From NCBI GenBank assembly GCA_041917695.1, contig JAYRXE010000037.1, forward strand, positions 370,582 to 434,581: a stretch of 64,000 nt of DNA. Reading direction: 5' to 3'. Position 1 is the stretch's first letter; each line of letters opens with the position of its first letter. Shown here one piece after another: positions 27,740 through 38,081 of the stretch. Under the pieces are notes generated by a model. The model made no database searches. It worked only from the letters and a program-made list of their open reading frames with translations, and was not told where the DNA came from. Both the position numbers and the translations under genes were made by a program. The DNA comes from Minisyncoccota bacterium. Its GTDB lineage: Bacteria > Patescibacteriota > Minisyncoccia > UBA6257 > GWB1-50-10.

Positions 27740-28879
27740 ATGCTTCGTTCCCTCTTCAGGAAAATCCGGAAAAGCCGCTTCGCCTACGAGCCGCTCATCG
27801 AAGTGACTATCTTTGCCGACCGGATACTCCACAATCTCCATGCGTTTCGGGAGAAATACGGCATCGCTGTCGCTCCCGTCTTGAAAAGCAACGCCTACGG
27901 CCACGGCTTGAAGGAAGTGGGCGCCATTCTAAAAGACGAGCCGCTCCCCTTTCTCTGCGTCGATTCGTACCATGAAGCGCTGTCCCTCCGGAACGAAAAC
28001 GTCGCAACGCCCATACTTATCCTCGCCTATACGTCACTCAAAAATATTCTCGCTTCGAAACTACCTCACGTTTCTTTCGCAATTATAAGCCTTGAGGAAC
28101 TTACCCTCCTTTCGTCCGAACTCCAGAAAACACGGAGCTTCCATTTGGAAATAGATACCGGCATGCATCGCCATGGCATTCGCGCAAGCGAGCTTCACAC
28201 GGCACGGGACCTTCTTTTGAAAAATCCCCATATCCGCCTTGAAGGCATTTATTCCCATTTTGCCGATGCGGGCAATCCGGATGCCGTGACGACCCATGAG
28301 CAGATACGTGCCTGGCATGAAGCGAAAAAACGCTTCACTGCCGACCTCTTTCCCCATCTTCGCTATTATCATCTTGCGGCGACCGCCGGAAGCTTCTATT
28401 CGAAAGAAATCGAGGCTAATGTCATGCGCCTCGGGCTTGGTTTATATGGCGGAAACGCCCACCAGAACGAGGATTTAAAGCTTCTCCCCGCACTCCGGCT
28501 TGAGACGGTCATCTCGTCGCTTTCTGCCGTGCATGCCGGCGAACGAATCGGCTATGGCGGAACCTACGAAGCTCCTGAGACTAAACAGATTGCCACCATT
28601 CCCATGGGGTATAACGAGGGAATCGATCGGCGGCTTTCGAATAAAGGCATCGTTACCGTGCGGGGAATTCCCTGCCCTATCCTCGGACGGGTTAGCATGA
28701 ATATTTCGACGATAGACGTTTCGGGAGTGCCCCAGCCCCGTCTGGGCGAGCGCGTCGTCGTTATTTCCGAAAATGCGTCAGATCCAAACTCGGCAGAGTA
28801 CATTGCCCATGCCTCGAACGTAATTCCCTACGAAACACTCGTGCATCTTCCCGCTTCCCTTCGCCGTACCGTCCGTTAA
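27740..28879 (+). CDS. alr: Alanine racemase
   Basis: VLKSNAYGHG, EIDTGMHRHG, YSHFA, RIGYG, GRVSMN, IPYE. Confidence 0.95.
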   Translation: MLRSLFRKIRKSRFAYEPLIEVTIFADRILHNLHAFREKYGIAVAPVLKSNAYGHGLKEVGAILKDEPLPFLCVDSYHEALSLRNENVATPILILAYTSLKNILASKLPHVSFAIISLEELTLLSSELQKTRSFHLEIDTGMHRHGIRASELHTARDLLLKNPHIRLEGIYSHFADAGNPDAVTTHEQIRAWHEAKKRFTADLFPHLRYYHLAATAGSFYSKEIEANVMRLGLGLYGGNAHQNEDLKLLPALRLETVISSLSAVHAGERIGYGGTYEAPETKQIATIPMGYNEGIDRRLSNKGIVTVRGIPCPILGRVSMNISTIDVSGVPQPRLGERVVVISENASDPNSAEYIAHASNVIPYETLVHLPASLRRTVR

Positions 28880-29640
28880 TCGCGAGTAATGACCCGGGGC
28901 ATTACCACTTTCTGCTCCCCTGCCACGCCGGGAGCCACCTGATATTTGGGAAAATAGAACATGACCGCCTGATCGGTAAAGGTGAAATTCTCAAAATTCT
29001 CAATAGTGGGCTCAGTGCCAGACTCGATCATATCAGTCGGAGCGCCCCCTTCGAAATCGGCGGTCAATTTCGAAATAAGCACCGTACGCGCGTATTTCGA
29101 TATCTTTTGGAGATATCCATCCCCTTCTTCGGGGAACAAATCGGCAAGGGCGATCGGCTTACCCTTCCCAAAATCGTAATTGAAGGTTTTTATCTCTTGG
29201 CGCGTGTTTGCACCGCCTTCAAACGCCTCAAGCCGCAGGATAAAGCTTGCAGAATCCTCGTCGAGCTTTTCGGGCGACCAGGCAATCGAAAAAATGAAGG
29301 GCACGTCGGGAAATTCCTTCTTTGCCTCCCCTTCCGGCGCCGTAGCATTCCGTGCCTGCCAATTCTCCTCCGCGGTTTTTTTGAAATCGGCAATGCGGCC
29401 TGTCACATAGCTTTGGATCTCGCTATTCCACGCGGGGTCCGCCGAATCGAACTGGGGATATTCAGCGCGCAAATCATACAAGCGAGTATTCTCTTTCACC
29501 GAGACGATGCGCATCGGCAGCCCTTCGCGTTTCACCGCTTCCTTCATGCCCTCATCCGATTTGAAATAAGAGGATGAAAACGTGCCAAGGACGAATGCGG
29601 CAACGGCGGCGCCGATGATGATAAGCGGAGTTTTGTTCAT
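28876..29640 (-). CDS. DUF3298/RsiV-like exported protein
   Basis: AEYPQF, GGAN..TFNYD..LADLF, FYFPKYQVAP. Confidence 0.8.
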   Translation of the reverse strand: MNKTPLIIIGAAVAAFVLGTFSSSYFKSDEGMKEAVKREGLPMRIVSVKENTRLYDLRAEYPQFDSADPAWNSEIQSYVTGRIADFKKTAEENWQARNATAPEGEAKKEFPDVPFIFSIAWSPEKLDEDSASFILRLEAFEGGANTRQEIKTFNYDFGKGKPIALADLFPEEGDGYLQKISKYARTVLISKLTADFEGGAPTDMIESGTEPTIENFENFTFTDQAVMFYFPKYQVAPGVAGEQKVVMPRVITRD

Positions 29641-29687
29641 ACACTCATTATACCCCTGGGCGGAGCACGGCGCATCGCGTATCATTA

Positions 29688-30647
29688 ATGCATATGGAAC
29701 TTTTCGGGCATTTCGTCGCCGGACATATCGCTCTCACCGCCATTTGGCTTTCAGCGGGTGCCTTGATCCGCGCCGTCAAAAACCTCGCCGCCACCTTCCA
29801 TAAATCGAGCTTTGTCGTATCGTTTCTTGTCTTGGGAACACTTACCTCATTAAGCGAGATCTCGGTCGCCCTTAATTCAACCGCCCTTGAAGTGCCTCAA
29901 GTCTCTGCAGGCAATCTCGTCGGCGCCTCATTTGTCCTGCTTCTTTTTGTTGTTCCGCTCCTTGCCGCGCTCGGAAACGGCATCCGCCTCAAAAAAACCT
30001 TTTCGCGGGGGAATGTGATTCTCGCCCTCCTTACCATCGCGCTCCCCGCCCTCTTCGTGATGGATGGCTCAGTGTCATGGGGTGAAGGAATTGCGGCGAT
30101 CTTCGCCTACGGGGCTTTTTTGGTTTCCATGCTCCGCGAGCAACCGGAAAAGCCAGCCCACATCCCCCGGCGGCGCGGGGCGCTTGTTTTTGACATCCTC
30201 AAAGTCATTATCGGAGCAGTCGTCATCTTCATCGCTGGCCGCATGCTCGTCTCGGAGGTTATCTACTTCGGCGGCATCCTGCATGTGCCGAATTCGCTCA
30301 TCGCGCTTATCGTCCTTTCCATCGGCACAAACATCCCTGAACTTACCATCGCTGCTCGCGCCGTCGTCTCGAAGGAAACTGATATTGCCTTCGGCGATTA
30401 TATCGGTTCGGCTGCGGTAAATACGCTTATCTTCGGTTTCTTGGGGCTCGCAAACCATGGCTTTCTCATTGAATCATCAGTTTTCACGGGTACGGCCATT
30501 CTCACCGTCTGCGGATTCGGCCTTCTCTACGTCTTCGCGAGCTCCAAGGAGACCATCTCCCGCCGCGAGGGTATGATCCTCCTTCTTTTCTATGCGGCAT
30601 TCATCATTTTCCAAACAGCGAATATTGTGACCCTCTCAAGTCGCTGA
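29688..30647 (+). CDS. Na+/Ca2+ exchanger family membrane protein
   Basis: TSLSEI..GNLVGAS and GTNIPEL..GDYIGS alpha repeats. Confidence 0.88.
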   Translation: MHMELFGHFVAGHIALTAIWLSAGALIRAVKNLAATFHKSSFVVSFLVLGTLTSLSEISVALNSTALEVPQVSAGNLVGASFVLLLFVVPLLAALGNGIRLKKTFSRGNVILALLTIALPALFVMDGSVSWGEGIAAIFAYGAFLVSMLREQPEKPAHIPRRRGALVFDILKVIIGAVVIFIAGRMLVSEVIYFGGILHVPNSLIALIVLSIGTNIPELTIAARAVVSKETDIAFGDYIGSAAVNTLIFGFLGLANHGFLIESSVFTGTAILTVCGFGLLYVFASSKETISRREGMILLLFYAAFIIFQTANIVTLSSR

Positions 30648-30710
30648 TTGACAACCAGCGACTCTCTTTTCATACTGAGCAGACTTAAAAACTAAACATG
30701 GAGAGACAGG

Positions 30711-31094
30711 ATGAAAGCATCAGGGATCACGCTCCAAACAAGGATACCCACCGGCGAAACTCCCGTTCCGGCATTTTGCAGGGATTGCACCTTCGGGCCG
30801 AACGGCGTGCAGAGCTGTGCTCAGCTTCGCAAGCACCTCGAGGAGGATGGCGAAAAACCGTATTCAACATCCCCCAATGAAGTTCCGGAATGTTTTGAGA
30901 ATTCTTCCACCGGCCCGAAACGATTGTGTGCCGTATGCGCGTTCGGACCCAACTATGAAAATAATTGCGCCTATCTTGAATATGGGTACGATATTCCGAT
31001 GGCGGAAAATGGCATCTGCACCGCCTTTTCAGAAAAAACCTTCCACAAGGATTTTGTGCTATACGGAAAGAACACTCCCCACGTTCAGGCTTAA
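30711..31094 (+). CDS. Cys-rich hypothetical protein with an internal duplication
   Basis: TTGACA(30648)-17-CATACT; CxxCxFGPNx4C twice; terminator at about 31109-31130. Confidence 0.7.
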   Translation: MKASGITLQTRIPTGETPVPAFCRDCTFGPNGVQSCAQLRKHLEEDGEKPYSTSPNEVPECFENSSTGPKRLCAVCAFGPNYENNCAYLEYGYDIPMAENGICTAFSEKTFHKDFVLYGKNTPHVQA

Positions 31095-31132
31095 TACGCA
31101 TTCATACTAAAACCCCCGCATGGGGGTTTTAT

Positions 31133-32881
31133 TTATTTAGTCTTTTTGGCAATGCGCCGCACTTTCTTCTTTGTCGCCTGTTCCGCAGCGGAAAGGCTTT
31201 TTTGGAGCTTCGTCCGTATCCGCTCCTCTTCCCGCGTGAGATCGCGCTTGGTCCGCACGCCATCAAGGGTTTTTACGGCAGACGCTACATCCCGCGCCAC
31301 TCCCTGGAAAATCGTATGGATATCGGTATCCGTATCCTCAAGAATACCCGACGCGTGGCGTTTCAAGACCGCTGCATGCCGGAGGAAACGGTTCACGAGG
31401 AGCGTGAAGAGAAGGAGACAGGCCGCGATAATGATGCCAATCGTAAGATATTGGACCAAACGGCTTCCGAACTTTGCGAGGAACGGCGCGTGGACACCGA
31501 CCGTCACGGCTTCGGTAAGAGCGCTTTCCTCCCCGGCATCGTTTACGGCTTTAAACCGGAACGTGTACGCGCCTTCCCGAAGTTTCTCGCTGAAAACAAA
31601 CGTGAATTTCCCTTCAGTATCCGCAGTCGTGCGCTCGATCTTCAGGTTTTCACCGTTCCAATCCGTATAGGCCTCAATCGCCGCTCCGGGCACCGTTTCG
31701 CCGCGAATGGCGAGGAGCGTATCGGCATACATTTCCTTCGGATAATCCGTAACTTTCGGCGTCGGCAAGCCTTCCGTTTCGAATTCCGCGAATGCCGATG
31801 CGTAATTGCCGGCCTTGTCTACTGCGCGCATCACGAGGACGTGCCGTCCCGGCGAAAGCGAGGGAGTCTCATAGCGGTGGTCGCCGTTGTCGCTCCAGGT
31901 GCTTGTCGCCCCGCCGTCTATCTGGAATTCATAATGATCGATGCCGGAGACGGTATCGGACGCACTCACGAGGAATGCCCTCCGCGAACGCGAGACCGGC
32001 TTCTGCGGATCCTCGACGATGGAAACGGTCGGTTTTTCCGCATCAATCCTGAGCGAGAAATGCTCAAGAGGACCCCATCCGGAGGCCGTACGGGCCTGAG
32101 CGTGGAAATACCATATTCCATTGCTCAAATCGGCTATTTCGCGGGAGGATATCGGCGGTTCGTAAACGCTGGTCGGCGTACTCTTCGGCGACGTATCGGC
32201 AAGAAGCCTCACTGCGGTCGCGCCTCCGGGCAATTCCCACGACAGTTTCGCCACCGTCGATGCGTACCATTTGGACGGATCGGGATGCGTCACTGACGTT
32301 ATTTTCAGAGCGCGGGAAGAAGAAGCCGGCGTGGGAACAGACTCGGTCTTTTTCGGCTCAGGTTCCGCAGGCGCCTCCGTTTCGGGAGTTTGAGAAACCG
32401 CCGTTATGCGTACCGATGCAGGAGCCGTACCCGTCAGAATATTCGTGCCTTGGCCGTCATTCGCAAGAACGCTCGCGTTGGAAAAGCCGATGGTTCCCGA
32501 ACCTGCCGAGCGGGCGCGGAACGTTACCGCCATAATCTTCCCCGCAGAACCGGTATAGCCGGGGTTTAGAACAACGCCTTCAAACTCAGCGGTCCCTCCC
32601 ACATTTGAGTATGACGGGTCTTGCGCCCACAACGAGAATATTGAGCCCGCCTTCGATATGGACGTAACCTGGAAAAGGTCCGCAGGAAATGTGAGAACGC
32701 CCGACGCGGCATTCATTGCCTCAGCGGGCGTTGAGACGAGAACGGAAAGGGTGAACGTATCGCCCACCTCGACAGCTCGAGAAGCGGGAGAAAGACTGAG
32801 CGTCGCAGCGTAAGCGATTGCTATGGGAGAAAAAACTCCCGCAGTTAAAACAAAGACAACTAATACGGCAAAACGATTCAT
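31133..32881 (-). CDS. Cohesin-domain, Ig-like-repeat surface protein with C-terminal TM
   Basis: Signal peptide; MNAASGVLTFP..SIFSLW..ANDGQGT cohesin-like region; SDTVSGIDHYE; TM near the C-terminus. Confidence 0.8.
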   Translation of the reverse strand: MNRFAVLVVFVLTAGVFSPIAIAYAATLSLSPASRAVEVGDTFTLSVLVSTPAEAMNAASGVLTFPADLFQVTSISKAGSIFSLWAQDPSYSNVGGTAEFEGVVLNPGYTGSAGKIMAVTFRARSAGSGTIGFSNASVLANDGQGTNILTGTAPASVRITAVSQTPETEAPAEPEPKKTESVPTPASSSRALKITSVTHPDPSKWYASTVAKLSWELPGGATAVRLLADTSPKSTPTSVYEPPISSREIADLSNGIWYFHAQARTASGWGPLEHFSLRIDAEKPTVSIVEDPQKPVSRSRRAFLVSASDTVSGIDHYEFQIDGGATSTWSDNGDHRYETPSLSPGRHVLVMRAVDKAGNYASAFAEFETEGLPTPKVTDYPKEMYADTLLAIRGETVPGAAIEAYTDWNGENLKIERTTADTEGKFTFVFSEKLREGAYTFRFKAVNDAGEESALTEAVTVGVHAPFLAKFGSRLVQYLTIGIIIAACLLLFTLLVNRFLRHAAVLKRHASGILEDTDTDIHTIFQGVARDVASAVKTLDGVRTKRDLTREEERIRTKLQKSLSAAEQATKKKVRRIAKKTK

Positions 32882-32897
32882 ATCACTCTTAAAAGAA

Positions 32898-33788
32898 TTA
32901 CGTTCGGTTACGCTTTCTTTTTATAGTACCATACCGCACCGCGAAGAATGCGATGATCCCGACGAGCAGTATCCATATGTACGGTGACGCGATAAGGTCA
33001 TCAAAGGCGAGACGCGGGTTTGTTCCCTTTTCAGCCGGTATCACAACCTCCGCGACATTCCCTTCGGCATCGTACGCCTTCAAAACCACGTCCGACGAGC
33101 GCGATTGGTCGTATAAGAGATACGGGCTTTGCGCCTCCGCGCACGGGCGCTTGCCTTCGCACACCTCGAAACGGCTTACGCCTGAATTTTTATCCTGCGC
33201 AACCCAGAGAAGGGCGTACGCCCCTCCGTAGAGATCGCTTTCCCGCACTATCAAAGAGGTGCCTATTTCCGGCGCATCGCGATCCCGAAGAGCCGCCACA
33301 TTGCCTTCCGCGCGCGCATCGTTTTTCACCGCAACAGAAACCGGAGCAAGGTAAAGACCCGTCGGCGTGCCTTTCCCGTCATTTATAAACGCTGCTCCAT
33401 TCTGCAACGACAATTCCCCGGAGGATTCGACGCCCCCCCGCACTACCGTGGAGAAAAGCTTCCCTTCGCTTCCCCGGTATCCTCCCGGTATCACGCCCGA
33501 GAACGAAAGCGCGCCGTCCCGGACGCGCGGATTTTCAACCCACAACGAAACGATGGAATTCCCCGTCGAAATTTGTGAAAAGGAAAGCGATGACGCCGGA
33601 TACGCAAGCGCGCCCTCAAATGCATTTACCCGCTCTCCTTCCGTGTCCAAAAACCACGAAACCTCAATTGACCCGCCGGGCGGAACCTCGACTAGAGCCG
33701 GGACGGAGTACAATCGTGCGGCCTCTGCAGGCAAAGCAAAAAGAGCCGCCCCCGCCAATAAAACCGACATAGAGAATAGCTTGTTCAT
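32898..33788 (-). CDS. Cohesin-domain surface protein with C-terminal TM
   Basis: VNAFEG..SIVSLWVENP..NDGKGT; QDKNSGV; SPYLLYDQ. Confidence 0.8.
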   Translation of the reverse strand: MNKLFSMSVLLAGAALFALPAEAARLYSVPALVEVPPGGSIEVSWFLDTEGERVNAFEGALAYPASSLSFSQISTGNSIVSLWVENPRVRDGALSFSGVIPGGYRGSEGKLFSTVVRGGVESSGELSLQNGAAFINDGKGTPTGLYLAPVSVAVKNDARAEGNVAALRDRDAPEIGTSLIVRESDLYGGAYALLWVAQDKNSGVSRFEVCEGKRPCAEAQSPYLLYDQSRSSDVVLKAYDAEGNVAEVVIPAEKGTNPRLAFDDLIASPYIWILLVGIIAFFAVRYGTIKRKRNRT

Positions 33789-33796
33789 TTTCTCCG

Positions 33797-35017
33797 TTAT
33801 CCGGACCAGTTGTACGCCATGATGCTGAAATCGACAAGCGTCACTTTTCCATCGCCGTTCAAATCAACTTTTGCCGGCGGAGCGGAACGCTTGTACCAGT
33901 ATGCCAAGACGGAAAAGTCGATGAGGTTCACCTTCCCATCCCCTGAAACGTCGGACTTCCCCGCCTTCGTGGTTTTTGCCGCCAAGACGGTCTTATCGCC
34001 GACCTTAAACGCGAGCGGGGCACTTTGTTGGCTCACTGCTCCGGAGAGCGCGGATTTTGACCGCGCCGTATGGTCGCCGTCCTCGAGGACGCCGGTATTG
34101 AACGCATACAAGTACACGCCGTCCTTGTCCGCCTTGGCCGTACCAAAATGCTCTTCATCGGAACTCACGGTAAGCGTAATTTGGCTTTCGGGGGCGCTTT
34201 GCCCGAAAAGGGTTATAGTCTCTCCGCGCTTTACCTCAACCTTGTCGGCGCCGATGGTCGGCGCGATAAAAATACCCGAAACTTGCGTCGCCGCCCCCGC
34301 CGTAATGCTGATGGGAAATGTTGATAAGGATGACCGGTATCCGTTCTTGTCTTCGCCGTACACGGAGAAAATATAATTCCCTCCGCTCAAGTTCGATATC
34401 GAAATACTGAACTGGCCGTCGGTTCCCACGCGCGACGAACCCGCCACCGATCCGTCCTTCAAAACGGTGACGTCGCTTCCGGGATACGCCCGCCCGATAA
34501 GGGTAACGCTCGTCGTGGGAGGCGGTACGCTGTTTCCCCCGCTTCCGCCACCTCCTCCTCCACCCCCGCCTCCTCCGCCTCCTCCGCTACCGCCTCCACC
34601 CGTGCTCCCCGCACTCGTCGTTGCGCTTGCCTCATCCGACGACGTGCTCGAACCCGCATCATTGAAAGCGCGCACGCGATAAAAATACGTGGTCGAAGGA
34701 AGGAGTCCTGTTCGGGTGTAGCTCGTGGCATTCGCGGGACGCGAGTCTATTTGCGTGAAAAATCCTCCGCTCCCCACTTTTTCTTCTACGTAAAAACCGT
34801 CTTCGTTGTTCGAATTGTCACTCCAACTCAAATTTATTTGTGACGCGGAAACCGACGTCGCGACAAGCGATGTCGGTTCAAGCGGAAGAACGACGATGCG
34901 AAGCGTGAGCTCGAAACCATCCGAAACCGTCTGGGCATGCGAAAAGAAAGGGAAAGCGAGTCCTATGCAAAACCCAAAAACAAGGAGTAGCGCGTTTTTT
35001 CTGTAAAACGGGCTCAC
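33797..35017 (-). CDS. Fibronectin type III + dockerin type I protein
   Basis: INLSWSDNSNNEDGF..YFYRVRAFN; Gly linker; DVSGDGKVNLIDFS / DLNGDGKVTLVDFS; start uncertain (GTG 35017). Confidence 0.85.
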   Translation of the reverse strand: MSPFYRKNALLLVFGFCIGLAFPFFSHAQTVSDGFELTLRIVVLPLEPTSLVATSVSASQINLSWSDNSNNEDGFYVEEKVGSGGFFTQIDSRPANATSYTRTGLLPSTTYFYRVRAFNDAGSSTSSDEASATTSAGSTGGGGSGGGGGGGGGGGGGGSGGNSVPPPTTSVTLIGRAYPGSDVTVLKDGSVAGSSRVGTDGQFSISISNLSGGNYIFSVYGEDKNGYRSSLSTFPISITAGAATQVSGIFIAPTIGADKVEVKRGETITLFGQSAPESQITLTVSSDEEHFGTAKADKDGVYLYAFNTGVLEDGDHTARSKSALSGAVSQQSAPLAFKVGDKTVLAAKTTKAGKSDVSGDGKVNLIDFSVLAYWYKRSAPPAKVDLNGDGKVTLVDFSIMAYNWSG

Positions 35018-35022
35018 GAATC

Positions 35023-35922
35023 CTATTTCTTCACCCGAACGATCCTGAATTTCTTTTTGAGATTTCCCAAGCCGAACCAAACAAGCAGTCCGAACGCCAC
35101 GACGGCAAGCGCTTCCTGCCATGGAAAGGCGAAGAAGGTTATTGTCTTCGTAACCGCTCCGCCGGGCATGGAGGACGTGAGGGTTGCCGTGAGAGGACCA
35201 AAGGCATAACGGCCCGCCACCTGCGCCTCAAAGGTACGCGTGTGGCCGGGAAAAACGATACGCGGCTCTATTGCAACCGATTTTTCGGGATAAAAAGGGC
35301 CTTTAATCGAGATGGAGCTCTCGGGATTGAAATGCGTATTACCCGTGTTTTCAAGTTTTGCCGTAAAAGAAAAGGGTCCGTGCGAAACATACGACGCGGG
35401 GCCAGTGAAAGAATCTATTTTACCGGTCTTTACGGTCGCGCCCGGAACTTCGATGAGCATCACCGTACCGACGCGCCCCGAAATGCCCACTCCCCCGTTC
35501 GGACCTGAAATACCGCGGAAAAGTATGGAACCGTAATGGCCTCCCGGCTCTGCATTTGCGGGAACATTAACCGTAAACGGAATTTGGCGGCGTTCCTGGG
35601 GTCCGAGCGTGAATTCTGTGCGGTCGATGGAAACCCACGAGGAAATGCCGTGCGGTATTTCCATGTCGATAAGATCTATCGAGCCTTCGTCGCCGCCGGC
35701 GATATTCTCGACCTCTGGATGCACGCCGATTGAGAAATCATTCGGATTGATGACGGTAATGGTGTCGGCATACGATTCGCCCTGAGCCACCGTCACATTG
35801 AACTTCACCGGATACAGCGAGATGCCCACCTGGGCGTTGCCAACCCCGGGGAATAAAAGGCACCCACCAAGAAAGAGGGCGCCAAATGATAAAACTGAGA
35901 AAATTCCAACGTGTGATTTCAT
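35023..35922 (-). CDS. DUF916-like (WxL-interacting) surface protein
   Basis: FTVNVPANAEPGGHYG, NTGNTH.P, C-terminal PW + TM. Confidence 0.75.
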   Translation of the reverse strand: MKSHVGIFSVLSFGALFLGGCLLFPGVGNAQVGISLYPVKFNVTVAQGESYADTITVINPNDFSIGVHPEVENIAGGDEGSIDLIDMEIPHGISSWVSIDRTEFTLGPQERRQIPFTVNVPANAEPGGHYGSILFRGISGPNGGVGISGRVGTVMLIEVPGATVKTGKIDSFTGPASYVSHGPFSFTAKLENTGNTHFNPESSISIKGPFYPEKSVAIEPRIVFPGHTRTFEAQVAGRYAFGPLTATLTSSMPGGAVTKTITFFAFPWQEALAVVAFGLLVWFGLGNLKKKFRIVRVKK

Positions 35923-36005
35923 GTTCCTTAGTAAGAAGGATGATACCCGAATCTCTGCAGTCCGTCGAATCAAAACAACCGCTTTCGCGGCTGTTTTTTT
36001 AGCGA

Positions 36006-36677
36006 TTACGGATTGGTGATAGCGGTCACCGTGATGGTTCCGGTGTAGTTCGTGGCCTGCTGGGTGGCCGGCGCATCGGCACGGACCTTCATGACGACCG
36101 TCTGCGCGGAACCGGAATATGTGCTCGTTGTTGCAACATTCTGGGACGTCGATGTCGGAAATCCTGCGTACTGCGCCCCTGCGGCGCCGTCGGTATCGTT
36201 CGGGCCCCACCACGTCGTGCTATAAAGGCCGGCACCGGTTCCCGTCTGCATGACGCGGAAATGGAGGTTTGAACCGATGAGGTTTGTGGTCGTCGCATTG
36301 CCGTTACCCGTCGCGTTCCACGCGGTGTAATCGGGGAAGGTGATGGTGCCGGACGCAATCGTCGAGGTGACGCTCACGCGGCTGATACGGAGATTCCAAC
36401 CCGTCGCCGAGTTCGTCGAAACCGTCGCGGAAGACGTTGCGGAGACCGCAGAGCCCGGAGTAAGCGACCCGAGGGCGATGGTCGTCGTTGAGAGGCTCAG
36501 GGTAATCGTTTGGTTTACCGTGACGCTAATCGTCTGGTTCGTAGACGTCGAAACCTGCGCCAAGGCGTTCGGCATGAAAATCGAGGCGGGGAGCGAAAAA
36601 GCCCCCATCAAAAGCCCCGCGATGCCGACCACGACCACCGAAAATGCAAACCCTTCCAAAGAGATAAAATCTTTCAT
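36006..36677 (-). CDS. WxL-like secreted beta-rich protein
   Basis: TNSATGWNL; C-terminal ADAPATQQATNYTGTITVTAITNP. Confidence 0.7.
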   Translation of the reverse strand: MKDFISLEGFAFSVVVVGIAGLLMGAFSLPASIFMPNALAQVSTSTNQTISVTVNQTITLSLSTTTIALGSLTPGSAVSATSSATVSTNSATGWNLRISRVSVTSTIASGTITFPDYTAWNATGNGNATTTNLIGSNLHFRVMQTGTGAGLYSTTWWGPNDTDGAAGAQYAGFPTSTSQNVATTSTYSGSAQTVVMKVRADAPATQQATNYTGTITVTAITNP

Positions 36678-36731
36678 GGGCTTATTATAACACTTTCACG
36701 TAACGACATGCCTTCTTCCCTTGTGGATAAT

Positions 36732-38075
36732 TTAGGGGTTCGTTATCGCCGTAAACGTGACAGTTCCTGCATAATTCGTCGCTTGCTGGGTCGCCGGCGC
36801 ATCGGCGCGGTATTGCACGGTCGTGACGGTCGTTCCCGAGTTCGATGACGTGGCATTTGCGATGGTTTGCGAGCTCGTCGGCATCCCTGCAAAGATAGCC
36901 GTGCCGTTCGTATCATTCGTCCCCCACCAAATACCGCAATAGCTCGAGTCCGTCCCGGTTTGCCGTACCCTGAAGGAAAAAACCGCTCCCGGGGCCGTTG
37001 AGCCGTTTCCTTGGCCCGCCGTGCATCCGGAGCCCGGATTCCACGCCGTGTAGTCGGGGAACGTAATCGTGGAACTCGCGAGAGTCGAGGTGACGCTCGT
37101 CCGGTTGATCTTCAAACTATAGCCGTTCGTCCCGCCGCTTATCGTGACAGACGCCGTTGTCGTCGCCGTTACCGCTGTGCCCGGCGTAAACGAACCGAGC
37201 GCGACGGTTGAACTTGAAAGCGTGAGGGTAATGGTCGGCGAACCTGCGCCCGAGGAAAGCGTCACCTGCGGATATTGCGAATAAGTGAAATTCGCCGCTG
37301 AGCCTGCATTCGTTACGCGGAAGCAATACGTTGCGGACGAGGTCGCCTGCGCGTTTGCTTGCACCGCATATTCAAGCTCAAGGAATGAATCGCTGGGGAG
37401 CGAAACCGCCGCCGCTTGGCTTCCCGCATCCTTCACGCCGCCGTTTGCCGCGAGAAACGCGTAATTCGAATCCGTCACGCCGCCCGAGCCTACGGAAATA
37501 TTCGTCGTGTTCGCGCCGTCGGTGAGGTTTGCCGTGTTCACCATGCTCCAGTCGGCATTCGTACCGACATCCACCCAGTTTGAGACGGCACTGCAGGTCG
37601 TCACCAGAAATCCGTACTCAAGCCGGAACTGCTGGGTTGAATATCCTTTTATCGTCCCTCCTTCGTTCGAAATCCCGACACGAATGCGTGTCGTGGTTGC
37701 TTTAGCAAAATTCGTGAGCGCCGCGTTCTCAACTCCGCCCGTCGCTGAGGTTGCCGCCGACTCCGAACCGTTGTCGTTCCTGAAATGAAAGCCAGTCTGC
37801 GTATAGTCGGGCTTTACCGGCTGAAAGAGCGCGCGGAGGAAACCAGCGACCGCGCGAAATGTCGTCGATGTTGAAAGTCCCGGAGCGTCAGAAAAACCAT
37901 TCTGCAGTATCCGGAAGGTTGTCGAACTTGAAAAACCCGCGGTCGAACCTATTTCCTGCCGGACAAAAAAATTCGTCGAGGACGCATCAAGCGCGAACGC
38001 GGTGCGGATGCCGAAGAGAAGCGCGGCGCAGAAAAAAAATACTGCACCGAGACGCGCCGAAGTGCGTTTTTTCAT
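36732..38075 (-). CDS. Secreted protein with C-terminal WxL-like domain paralogous to 36006-36677
   Basis: Shared ITFPDYTAWN, WWG.NDT, ADAPATQQATNY.GT.T.TAITNP. Confidence 0.75.
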   Translation of the reverse strand: MKKRTSARLGAVFFFCAALLFGIRTAFALDASSTNFFVRQEIGSTAGFSSSTTFRILQNGFSDAPGLSTSTTFRAVAGFLRALFQPVKPDYTQTGFHFRNDNGSESAATSATGGVENAALTNFAKATTTRIRVGISNEGGTIKGYSTQQFRLEYGFLVTTCSAVSNWVDVGTNADWSMVNTANLTDGANTTNISVGSGGVTDSNYAFLAANGGVKDAGSQAAAVSLPSDSFLELEYAVQANAQATSSATYCFRVTNAGSAANFTYSQYPQVTLSSGAGSPTITLTLSSSTVALGSFTPGTAVTATTTASVTISGGTNGYSLKINRTSVTSTLASSTITFPDYTAWNPGSGCTAGQGNGSTAPGAVFSFRVRQTGTDSSYCGIWWGTNDTNGTAIFAGMPTSSQTIANATSSNSGTTVTTVQYRADAPATQQATNYAGTVTFTAITNP

Positions 38076-38081
38076 GGAAGT

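Noticed and set aside
34535-34605. CCG/CCT low-complexity repeat
   Set aside because: Encodes the poly-Gly linker of the FN3-dockerin protein.
36722-36730. Perfect DnaA box TGTGGATAA (another at 46270-46278) as possible oriC
   Set aside because: Isolated single boxes with no cluster, and no dnaA/dnaN nearby.
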